Assembly (NCBI GenBank): GCA_905178155.1
Contig: CAJINV010000004.1
Coordinates: forward strand, 4,768,518-4,832,517
Source: Amoebophrya sp. A120
Taxonomy: Eukaryota; Protista; Dinoflagellata
Direction: 5' to 3'
DNA: 64,000 nt
Shown: positions 1 to 12,100 of the stretch, piece after piece
Layout of the letters: each line of letters begins with the position of its first letter
Numbering within the stretch: the stretch's first letter is position 1
Notes under the pieces: generated by a model
What the model saw: only the letters and a program-made list of their open reading frames with translations
Told to the model about the DNA's origin: nothing
Databases searched by the model: none
Translations under genes and position numbers: made by a program

Positions 1-186
1 CTGTGACGATTTTGGAAGATCTGCGTCACAAGTTTGTTACACATGACAGAGGAAACTTGTCATGCGTGCTTCCTAAGGGAAAACACAGCCAAAAATCCAA
101 TGTCTTGCATGTGTAGCAAGACAAACACATTTGCGTTCCGTTCTATGCATCACAAGTTCACAGCGACACAGTTTTTTCTTGTGATG
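1..186. mobile_element. Introner-like element, family E (partial, left end outside the window)
   Basis: Aligns with 54165-54376 (CCTAAGGGAAAACACAGC..AAAAATCCA.TGTCTTGCATGTGTAGCAAGA..ACAGTTTTTTCTTG). Confidence 0.8.
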
Positions 187-3100
187 AGTGGCGCTACCGT
201 TTCAATGTTGCGACCTGCCGGAAGAAAACCCGCGGAACATGGATACAGGTACCTATCTTGACGTGGAAGAGCCCAACTCGTTCGGTCATGTTCTTGGCTC
301 TTCCTGCATATAAAAATGTGATTGACTTACTTCACACTCACGCACTCTTCTTCCGCTTCCGCATCTAATTTTAAGTTTAGCTCTTTCGCCCCCTGGCCCT
401 GCAAGAAGATCATCATGATATTATTTTGCTTGCCATGTTGACTCGGACTCCTGAACCTGATGTCATTCTCATTTTCAACAGTCGAACGCGGCGGTATTCT
501 GTACATGCGGAACCTGCACCGGGAGGAGCACCTGAGCAGCCTGTTGAAGGTGGAACTTTCGGAGCAGCTTTCCTGCTCCGTCGGCGGCAATCCGGGGAAT
601 GACTTGGTGCTCTGCGGCCTACCGGCTTTTTTGTATCGCATCCGGTTTCTGGCGAAACAGGCTGCGGTAGAACTGGACCCACTGGCCACGGACTCGCACA
701 AGTACCTGCGCGTCAACGGCATGAAGCAAGCGGGAGTGGGACAAGAACCCATTCTGGTCTATGTTGGGGACCAAATTCAGCTGGCGGAAACGTATTTGCG
801 GCGCTTAAGCTCAATAAAAAAGAAATTCAATTTATGTAGCTCTCTCAGCTAATTATTTAGTGCAACAAAAGCTATGAATTGTGCATCTACTTCTTGTCTT
901 TGTTCCGGTCGATGTTATTTCGTTCAAAAATTGCGCACCTGGAGGTGATTTTTATCCACCTGACGAACTAATTAGTAATTCCTCGTTGCAGGAGTTACAA
1001 CGTATCAACAACATCAACATCTATCAAGTATCTGTCTAGGTACTTTTTCGAGTTTTATTTTGGGCAAGAGCGCGGGAAGGACGTGATATTACAGCCGGCC
1101 CACGCCGAAGATCCGGATAGCATCGGGGAGAAAATTGAGCTGCTGAACTTGATGCAAAGCAAGGAAACCTTCGAGCTGGCCCCGGGTGGTCGCGTGCGCG
1201 TCTTTCCGCACAGTCCGGGGGAACACAAGGCCAAATCGGGTGGAGGTCCACCCACCGTCGCGGGAGTCACGAAGAACACACTCGGCAGAAGCGAGTTCTT
1301 GGCAAAGTGAGATTTTTTATGGACGAATTCTACGATGCCGATCATACGTAAATTAAGTTTAAGAAGAAAAGATTGTATAATATTTGATTTTCCGTGTTGA
1401 CCTTGTATCAGTAGTGATTTTTTCTGCTCGCGTCGTGGCAGGACAAGGGCACTTGATAGTGTGAAATTGAATTTGAAAGTTTTCTGTAAAATACAGGTAC
1501 TACACAATCTGCGACGGGCTGTATTCCGATTCGAACGCGACGGTATCCAAAGTGATCGCCGACGAGACGCTCATTTCCTCAACGTACTCCCACGGAGGAG
1601 GTGTTCTTGCAACGTCCTCGCTCCACGGCGGACCGCCTCCGAAACACCGGCCCGGCGCAGCTCCGACCAGTACCTTCTTACCCACGTCCCGACTGACGAG
1701 TCCCAGTCCGCTATCCTGAGTAAAAACGTACCCACACCATAGTTAGTTGTCATGCAAATCTGCATGCTTAAAATGTTTGTCATGCGGAGCCCTATGAGAA
1801 GCATTTTCTAAGGGTGTTTTGAAATTTGTCATGCTCCAATCAGCATGAGAGACTAGGTCTGTAATGCTGCTGAACTAGCTCAAACAGCACTACACTACGC
1901 GTCCAAATTTGTCATGCGAAACAAGCAAAGTTGGCCGATTTGTCTAGCAGATTTTCCATCTTGACTCTGGTGTGGGGACGTTTTCACTCAGGATATCCGC
2001 ACCCCCAGCCACCGGTGAACTTCATTCAGTCGGAGCAGCTGTTATCCAGGAAAAAACACCCATCCACATCCAATTTGTCATGCAAAACATACATAAAGTT
2101 CTGTGCTTGTCATGCAGAAATTGGATGTGGATTGGATTGGTTTTTTTCTGGGGATAGCTGTTATCCCAGTCATCCACCTCGTTATCTGTCTCACGATCAA
2201 GGAATCCTCGCAAAGGCGCGAAGCGCGTCAGCCCGGCGGACGAACCGCCACTCAACGCCTTGCAGAGTCCCTTCCACACACACAACGCCGTTTTGGTACC
2301 GACGCTGTCGCCAGGACGGGAGAAATTGTTCCGAGCAACTTCTTCTACGTCGGTGCAGCCTGTTGCAATATTAAATGCGGGGGGCGGTGGGTCCTCGTCC
2401 TCGTCGAATTATGCAAATTCGTCTGGGAAGAGCGTGATCCAGACCGTTATTCATCCGCCGTCTGCGATGGTGGTACAACAACCGCAGCTGCATCAGAGGA
2501 TTCCGAGCCCCAGAGGCGGGGGAATCGATTTGGTGAACGGAGAAGTGTGTAGCTTCAGGGAACAAGGTGGAACCTCTGGGCAACAGAAACTGCTGCCCCA
2601 ATACAATCAAAACTTTCTCCACCATAATTCCACCACCAGCAGTGTCGCCAGTTCATCGACGTCGCGAGGAGCGCGACACCACCCGCCCCCGAAGCTGGCG
2701 CTGACGCAGCCGAATCTGACTTTGTCGTGCAGTCAGTCTGCAAAGCTGGATACCAGTGGCTTGCTGTCGGAGACCAATACCTCCGAAAATAACCCGCAAA
2801 ACCGCTCCGCCATCACGGACGGCGGGGCTGGGATCGCGTTCGGCAGCGCGGCGGCCACGGGGTTAGTAGTTGGTGCAGGTGGAAACAAGTTTGTGTTTGG
2901 TGGTCACAAGGCAGGTCTGTTAGCGGCCGCATCGGGAGGGAACAAGAAGCAAGCAGGATCATCCTCCTCGAAAGTTAAGTCGGCTTCCTGGTTCACGCCG
3001 AAATTCGGAGGCGGAGTGGCGGCGACAGGATCGTCTTCGTCTTCGTCTTGTTCAGCGGCAGGCGGATTGCCGCCCGAAGTTGTAATGAAAGCGGCCAAGA

Positions 3101-6100
3101 ATGCGGAAGGTACGTGAAGCTAGATATTAGGCAGTTTTTTTTTCGTCGTTTTTTTTTTGGCGGTGGGCTGCTAGTCAAGGATAGTGCCACCTGGAACTTA
3201 GATTTGTCACTTGGAGTTGTGGTAACCCTAAGGGAATCCATGTTGACGAGCACTATTCATCGATAAACGAGCGAACGAAATTTTCAGTAGGTCTGTAGAA
3301 AAATAAAATAAGAATAACCACCTGCTGCACTACTTCTTTTTTCGCGCTAGCCACAGAATAGGCCGGGGGCTTGCTCGTTCTGGTGTGCGAGCTTCCGTAC
3401 TTAATCTGTGGTAAAGTAAATTAGGCAACTACCTCGCTATGCGGACTCGGAATGGCATCTACTGCCAGAGTGCGCACACTGGCGTTGCACAGTACCAGTA
3501 GATCCTGTCATCAACAAATTACCTTCGCTGGTGTAGCGCCGGACACATTGGCTATTGTAGTAAAAGCACGTACTACTTCGGACTTGCTGAGGCAGCATTG
3601 CCATTGGTTGGCATCAGGAGACGCGTCCGTATGTCGACGCTTCATTCAACCTGAAACCACGCGCCTCTTGGCGTCTCAAGAAAATGAATGCGAAATATTG
3701 AGCTACGCCTAATGACACCAGGTACCAATGCGGAGGAGCGAGACGCAGATACGTCCGCACCCGCTCCCGACCCGCCGATCGACAACTCCTCGGCTAGGCC
3801 CAAGAGTTCCACCACACTAACAAAAAGCGGCTCCAGTCGGTCGCTGAAATCCAAACCCGATATTCCGAAGCCGTACCCGAAATGCAGCTTCGAGCAAGCC
3901 TACCAGATCATCAAGCAGAACTACCAGACCGCGATCGACGCGAACGCGATGACGAAACCAAGTCGTGGGGTCGTAACTGCCGGCACTGGAGGTGCAGCAT
4001 CTACTTCCTCTTCGTCCAGTGCCTTTACCAACAGCAACACGGGTGGTGGAAGAATGCCTCCCGCAGAGAAGCTCCTCAGAAACTTGAAGCGCGCGACGGC
4101 TGCAAAACCCATGGCCGCGAATAGTAAAGCCATGGGAGCTCGTCCTGCAGCTGCACCTGCAAGTAGAACCAGCGCTGGTGCATCAAGTTCGTTGCTACCA
4201 GGTGGAGGAGGTGGCAACTGCACCACAGCGATTGCATCAACTCGGCGGGTCACTGGGAAGGCGAGTAGCGTCCAGCCCGTCGTCTCGAATGCTGGGGGAG
4301 ATCGACGTGACCCGATCACCGGCGTTTCCATAGGGGCTATGAATCTGTCAGGATTGAAATCGTCAAAGTTGAAATGGTTTGTCATGCATAAAATGCAAGG
4401 CATGACTGAAGTGCCTGTCTTGCTGGGATGGCAAGTGAGGCAGATTGTGAGCCTATTTAGGGTTTGGGATAGAGCTGCTAAAGGAGCATGACAAAAGCAC
4501 TCTTGTGTGCCCAAACAGCATGACAAATTGGACTTCGGTGCTCCGAAAATTTGTAATGCGCCGCTTGAAAATTGGTCTTCCAACTGGTATCCATTTCATG
4601 CATGACAAATTATTTCAACTTTGCCGATTTCAAACCTGACGCTTCTATAGGGGCTGGCACAGCTGTAAATTCCACACTGAATCGGCGGTCGTTGTTGAAC
4701 AGCAAAGCAGCGGGCCACGCAGTTGCAAAGTCCAAAGCATTTGGAGGTCCTGCAAGTACTAGTCATGCTGTGCCTAACCGCGGGCGATCCACTTCGTCTT
4801 CAAGAAAAAGCTTGTCGAATAGAAGTGGTCGCCTTGGAGCGGCTGCTACTGGCGGAGGTCCTCGTAGCACTACACCAGGAGGACAGGAAGTACTAGAGGC
4901 TGCACATCACGACATGCGGGGCGAAGGGAAGATGAAAAAACTGCAGACGCAAGTCAGCAACAGAGGTCCACCACATGGAGACAACTTCGAGCTGTCCTCG
5001 CAAGAAGGTGGAATTGAAGCGAGTGGCAGCACCAGCACCAACGTCGTCTCGCACGTCAACTCGGGGGCAGGGGGGCGTATTCATGTGGAACAGCTTGCAA
5101 TGGGCAAGGACGTCGTCGGGGAGGTAAATGGAGGCACCATGGCCGATGTTGAGGAATCGCTAGTCAATAAAGATGCCACGACGAGGACAAGAAGGACCCC
5201 CAGTGCCAGTGGGAGGACCTATCGCCCCCAAATATCACAATTGCAACAAATACCAGCGAAAAACTCATTCTCCCTGCAGCTTAACCGTGCGGAAACGGTG
5301 CCGGTGCTTCCCAAACGTGCGTCCCTGGTCGCAAACTCGCTTCTACCGCAATTTGCGTTCGGCGCAACTGGCACGCTTGTTGATCCTACTACAGGCACAC
5401 CAGCTGCACGACCGACTGGTGGCGTTGCAGGAACGATGTCGACAAACGACGACGACCAACCAAGGCAGAGGGTGCCCGCGCCCGCGTTTCTGAAATACAC
5501 ACCGAGGCTGAATTACGTTGCGGGAAAGAAGGTAAAGGCAACAACGGCTGGCGCTCCAGATCCTGACAGTGGAATAAACGCACGGCCTCCGCAACAAGCG
5601 GTGCCCGCGCGTGCGAGTTTTTTCGCTAGCAGTACTTCTGCGTCGCACGACGAAAAATCCCCAGGCACAACGAAGAATCGTTTCTATTCTGGTCTCGTGC
5701 TTGGCCGCTTGCAGATGTTCAACGGAGCGTCTTCTGCGAGGCTACTGCGTGTCCCCTCGCAAAGTCCGCCCCCGCCCTTCACCGCTCTTTCGCTGGGACA
5801 CGTGCAGAGCATGAAGCGACTCGGAGGTGGGCCGGGAGGAGTTGCTGGTGATGGTAAAAAAGGAGGAGCGGGCTGTTCTGCTGCAGACAACGCTTGTAGT
5901 TTCTCCACAGGCGCAAGCAACTCGGTTACCAGCGACGTATTCCACCGCGTCAGTGCGCAGAAGGCCGCCGGGGGTCATCTCATGTCCTCCCGGAGTCTGT
6001 CGCCCCAGAGGCTCCTGCATGGTGGACAATTTGGTGGGCAAAAAGAGGTTGCAGCTCATCTTCCCCAAGTACAACTGGGTGCGAGAGCTCACGCAACGAT

Positions 6101-9100
6101 TTCTGTTCAAAAACAGCTGAAGAAAGACTTGTCTTCCGTTTTGGAAGAGCAGGAAGAATCCACACAGTATGACGAGAAAAAAGTGTTACAATTAGTTACA
6201 CATTTGTTGGGGTTTCTGCATCACAACTTTTCTCTGTGTGGCAGAAAAAACCGATAATGCGAAGATCATAAGGGAAAACGAGGCTCCCAAGCATTTCCTG
6301 CATGAGAGAGGTTGTCTGTGTTGCCGTTCGTGCAACACAATGTGTAACTGTAGCACTTTTTTCTTGCGATATGCAGTCGCGCCTAGGCAGTAAATCTCTG
6401 CTCTCCACCTCGAGTCGGTCGCGGTCGGTCGCGCCCCGAGCGGCAGCTCCGGTTTATTTGATAGGTAGTCATTCTGCTTCGAGCTATTCGAAGGTTCTTG
6501 TCACCTCGTCTGATGCCACCGCAGGAGTGCCGGTCGTCCAGGAGCCTGAAGACAGCAGGAGGGTTGTTAAGAGCTCTTCTACAGGAGGTGCAGCTCCTGC
6601 GGCGAAGAGGGCAACACAGAAATTGAAGAAACGCGCTTCTTCTACTTCCAGAGCTCCTGCTGCCAACCCGCAGTCCGCGCGAGCCGCAGTTTCATCGTCT
6701 GACGCACCTGCGGGGGAAAAGCACACAAATGCCTTTGCTCGTGAACAAGATCCAGAGGTTCTCACGTCTAAGCAGTTGTTTGAGCAGGTCGACGAATTTA
6801 TGCGGAGCGCCAGCCACCTGCACTCCTCGACCACCGAGCCCTTTTCTACGGCCAAGGCCGCCGCGGCCTCCATTCAGAGCTTGCAGTCCTCCAGCCACGC
6901 CCGGTCGCAGTCGGTGCCGCACCCCAACCTTTGCTTCCCGTCGCATTTTCTCGGCCGCCCGACGGAGGTGCACCGCTTCGAGCGCACTTTATCGCCGTTC
7001 CAACCGAGAAGTTGGTCGGTAGAGCCGCCGAGTGTCGGTGTGGCCGGCTTCGGGTCGGCCGTACGGGTGGTTCTGCAGGGCGATATTAATGCAGGTGGGG
7101 GACGAGATGGAGATGTTGTTACAACTTTTTTGCAGAACAACCTGAACCGAAACATAGCAATGAATCAGGAAGGGTTGCTGCAGCTACAGGGCATCAACAA
7201 GCAAGGCGCAATAGGCCGTGAATTTGAAGGAGAGAACCAGCAGCAAGACGCAGGAACAATTCATCTTGCTGGCGGTGAAGATTTTTCCGCAAGCACGAGT
7301 AACACAGGATCAGGACGAGCCAGCGCTGCCTTGAAAAAAGTGCCTCCGCTTGTTCCGCCGCTTCAGCAGCACCCCGGACTTCTTTTGCTGCCCTCCGCGG
7401 TTTGCAGCGCGCGAGCGGCGACTGCGAGTAATTCCGCGGCGCAACTCCTGAAGAAAACCCCGCGGGGGATGAACATTCACAGCTCATTTAACAATTCCTC
7501 GAAAGAGTCCTCGCGAAACGAAGCCAACATCATTTCGACGTCTTGTTCCGCGGCTGAAAATAGTAACCACGCCATGCTCGTCACTGATAAAAACGAAGCC
7601 TCTGCGTATTCATCGGTGGAGCAGGACTTCTCCTCTTGTTCTGCTCAGGTTCATCTCCACGGTGGCGGGCAAGATCAAAATGAGTCACAAAGCGTCAGGA
7701 CGCTATCGAGAAAAGAACAAGAATGGTCGGCCTCGGATGAATCCTCTTCGGCGACTACGTTCAACCTCGCACAGAGTTTCATCCTGCCCTCGACCTCCGG
7801 GACCGGTGCATCCGATAACTTCAGCTCGTTGCGACCGCAGCTCATGCCGGCGCGGATTGGCGTCGGAGCAAATGGGATTACCACGCCGACCATTCCCGCA
7901 AGAGCAGTAGGAATTGCTTCTACCACACAGCAAGCACATGGTGCTGCGAGTGACAAGGCCGGGCTGGTGCAGACGGGCGGACCGAGTTCATCTGGCAACT
8001 ACGTGCCTGATATCTTAGCTACCGCTGGGATCGATATCAAAAACCTCGGTGCATTTCCTGTGTCGACAAGAACTGCCATGACTACAGGCGGTGTCGTGAA
8101 CCACTCCGAGCAGAGAGTAGCAGGCGACGAATCCTTAGAGAAAAAGGCCGCTGAAGACGAGGAAGGCAAATGCGGTGCTGTCGATCATGAGCAGCAAATT
8201 GAGGGGGCAGAGCAAATTGAGGGGGCGAGCCACCAAGCGCAAGCCCCTCCCGACGTAGTCCTCGAAGAAGAGCACGACAATATCACCGTGAATAATGCCT
8301 CTACATACCGCACGGACACGCAGCCGACGAGTCGCAGGCACAGTCAGATGGACCTTGTAAACGCGCAGCTGCAAGGCGAAATGAGCCGCGTCCAGGACCT
8401 TGGCATGTTGAACAAAATGCAGGAAGAGCGACCTGGTGACCACGACCCTGCCGCGGCCAACTTTGCTGCAAAAGCGCCGACTAACATACCCGCATTCGGG
8501 ACCGGTGCTCTCTGGGGACCGCTGCCGGAACTAGCAGCCGTGAAAAACAAGCCCAAGACGCTTCTTCCGGAAAGCGCGCGCGCCGGTCTTTCTCCGGCAG
8601 CCAAAAGAGCAGGACCTGGTGCTTACAGTAATGTTCTGGCCGCGTCTCCGTCCCCGGACAGACGAGCGGTTTTTCAATTGCAAGCAGCGGGAGGGGCTGC
8701 CGCCGCGCAGATTGCACCTCCAGCACCTCCGCGAGGTGTTGAGTTCGTGAAAAAGACCAAAGGCAGCAGCATCAGCAGTTTCGCCGCGAAACTTACCCAA
8801 GACAAGCTCGGAACACTTCGGTCGGTTTCGGCCGAACGGGTGCTGGAGCAGCCGAATTTCAGTTTCGATTTGAACAAGAATTCGCTCTACACGCCACGCA
8901 TCGAGAACAGAACTGCAGGTCGTGGACCACCGCCGCGCTTTCTTCCAGGTGGAGAACAAATACTTCCCCAGGCCGCGATAATTGCAACGTCATCTGCGTC
9001 ACCTCAGAGGAATAAAATCGACCCGGCTGCTGGTGCAGTCCCGCGTCCCCGCTTCACACATTTTGTCTCTTCAAATTTGGTGTTGCAGCACATCCGCTCT

Positions 9101-12100
9101 GGTGGAAGTAAGAACACCAAAACAGGTGGAGCGACTGCCGCCATAAACCTCGGCCCGATGAACACGTCCAGTTCGTCCTCTTCTTCTTCTTCTTCCGACC
9201 AAAGTGTGAACACGGGGAAGCAGATATCACAGGAAAAAGTGTTAACGTTAACGGAATTTGTAATGCAGCAATGCATCACAAAGCGTGCCTAAATTTGTCA
9301 ATGTCATGCATAGCATGCACATTGGGCTACATTTGTGATGCATGACTGCAATCTGTGAAAACCGTTAACGTTAACACTTTTTCTTGTGATAGCAGACTGT
9401 CATTGACGAAAATGTCAACGTTCCGGTTGTGTTTGTGCCGCCAGCCTCTTATTCCCTGAAAATTAACCATCCCCATCCAATTTGTCATGCAAAACATGCA
9501 GCAAAAAGTGTGTTTGTCATGCAAAAAGTGGATGGGGATGGTTAATTTTCAGGGAATACTTCTTCGTCTGAGGGGAGTGTGTTCCACCGAGCTACTACCG
9601 GTATTAGACCGCAGACCGGCCTCATCGTCCCGACCACTACATCCACACGACCACCAGCTCCGGGCGCGAAAGCGGAGTGCGGCCACGAGGTGCCGGTGCA
9701 AGTTTTGGGTGCAGCTGCTGGTGGAGATCAACATCAGCAGCATATCACGCCGACGAGCGATCTCACGGTGGACATGCAGTTGCTGGAAAATGATTTTCAT
9801 TCTGAAGAACCCAGAGGAGGACCACACCAAGGTAAAGCGAGCGGTCATCTTGATCTTCCCGACGACGACGACGATTCCGACGAGATAGGAACCAAAGCGC
9901 GACGAGATTCCGGCCCCGGCGCGGTCTTGAACAGTCAGGTGATCGAGGATGACGACGAGGAGATGTTCAAAATCATTGACGTCATGAACGGGCGCAACAG
10001 ACTGCAGCCTCTACGCACCTCCGGATCATCATCTTCCGACAAAACCAAGAGCAGGCTCAGCAGCGAAAATAACCAACAGGCGGTCTCCGGGGCAGCTTCG
10101 AGCTCCTCCTCGGCATCAAGGCGAATCACTGAGCAAGATGCTGAAAATACAGAAGACGGACCATCGCATCAAGGTCTTCCGGCTGGGGGCGCCGACGGCG
10201 GCATCGAAATCGATCGTTCCGCAGAGCTGCAGGATATGGGCCGTGGGCGGTCGGCGCTCTTGCGCAGACTGGTCAACGAGCCGGCGCCGCATGGACGAAA
10301 CGCCGCGGCGGCTCTGAGCCCGCGAATGCAGCAGGAGGGGCCGTTGACCAATGCCGTGGCACAGTCGGGGAGCGGCGGTGTCGGATCTTCAATTGTGGCG
10401 GCGAACATCAACAACAACCCAACGCACCCCCAAGCTGGAGCTGTTACTACAGCCGCGTCGGGGTCATCTAACAGCAATCTAGGTCCGAGCTACCACCGGT
10501 TGAGCTCGATAACAGAGGAGCGATCGGGGAATACGAGCCGGGCGCAGTCTTCGGGCGTCAACAGTAAGGACGGATCGCCTGCGACGCAGCCCCGACAGCC
10601 GGTGTTGTTGAATAGAGCTGGTGGTGGGACGATGGGAGGTGCACCGGGCGGAGCAGTCGTCGTTCCGGGTCTTCAGCCTGCTCTATCAGCCCGGATGCAG
10701 TTGAAAATGCTGAACATTGGTTTGGACTACACAAACAACAAGAACGGCGTTTGGACTGGTGGTGCGCCGAGCGGGAATAGTATGCCGCGGGTTGGTGGGG
10801 CTGCGATCCATGCTTCAGCAGCAGTTGCGTCTTCATCATCGAGCCCTACAGGAGATACAGGAGCAGGGGGATCTACAGTCTATCCGTCTGCAAGCGGGGG
10901 AGAGAACACATACAAAATGCAACCACACCTGCGACCGGACAAAACTCAAGTGGTGAATATGCAGATCATGCAGCCCTCGCCCGTAGCGCCAACATCAGAG
11001 TCGCAAGCTACGCAAGAAGAGCTCCACGTTGATCCAGGTGCAGGGGCTGAAAGCATTGCAAACGCTGCAAACGGGATAAATAACCATGGCAGCGCAGCTT
11101 GCTCCCCAGCGGGGACCGTGGTGTCAAACGGGAATGGACAGCAACCCAGCCCGTTCTCAATCAGCACCCGAACGATCGACCTGTACCAGCAGGGCAGATT
11201 GCCGAGCAAGAACGCATCTGGGCCACGTGTGCTGAACAATAACGGTGCAGAGCCAGCGAGAGGCAGCGAAGACATCAATACGGGTACTGGTGAGAAGTCT
11301 GGAAATAAAGCACCAACATCAAACGGAGTAGTCGTCCCACAAGGTCAAGGTCCACCAGCACCAGGACCTGCACCCACCACAACAACCAACTTCGGTCATA
11401 TTCTCACGCGGGGCAACATTCGTCCCGCCGGTGGAATGTTGACCTCAGCACGGGGAACAAGTGGCAGCTCATCATCTTCTGGTGGTTTGATGAATAATGC
11501 TGGCGAAAGTAGTTCTTTACTGGCCCAGAACATCAATCGATTTCCTCCTCTATCCACAGAAAAAAACCCATCCACATCCATTTTTTGCATGACAGACGCG
11601 TGATCTTATACGTGTTTTGCATGACAAATTGAATGTGGCTGGGTTTTTTTCTGTGGATATCCTCTTTCTGTCTTCCATTCCAACACGAGCAGTCCGGTGG
11701 ACAGCTATCCAAGAAAAAAACTGTGTTAGTGTAACTTTCTTTGGCTGGCAGCATGACAGATTTGCTCTACATGAGAGAGAAAACCTGTCATGCGTGGCTT
11801 GCAAGGGAAAACACAGACACACATGGAAAGAGGACTTCGTGGTTGTCTGGCATGACAGGTGTAACTCTCTTGCATATTCTGCATTACAGAGTTACACTTT
11901 GCACAGTTTTTTTCTTGCATAACAGCGAAGTGGAATTCAAAGCAGGCAGCGCCGTGAGCAGCAACGTCTGGCAGTCCTCCGTGAATACAGAACTAGCTCT
12001 GAATCAAGCGAGCCGCCGGGCCGAGATCATGAAAACCATTTCCCGTGAGGCAACGATGATCAAAGAAAATGCGATGCGGGAGGAGGAGCAGCGCCTTGCA

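Noticed and set aside
3107-3725. Short direct repeats (AGGTAC, CAGGTA, AGGT) at the ends of canonical introns as old TSDs
   Set aside because: Explained by the ordinary AG|GT splice consensus. No TIR remnants visible.
8193-8229. 18-bp coding tandem duplication (QIEGAE-QIEGA)
   Set aside because: Ordinary slippage in a low-complexity protein.
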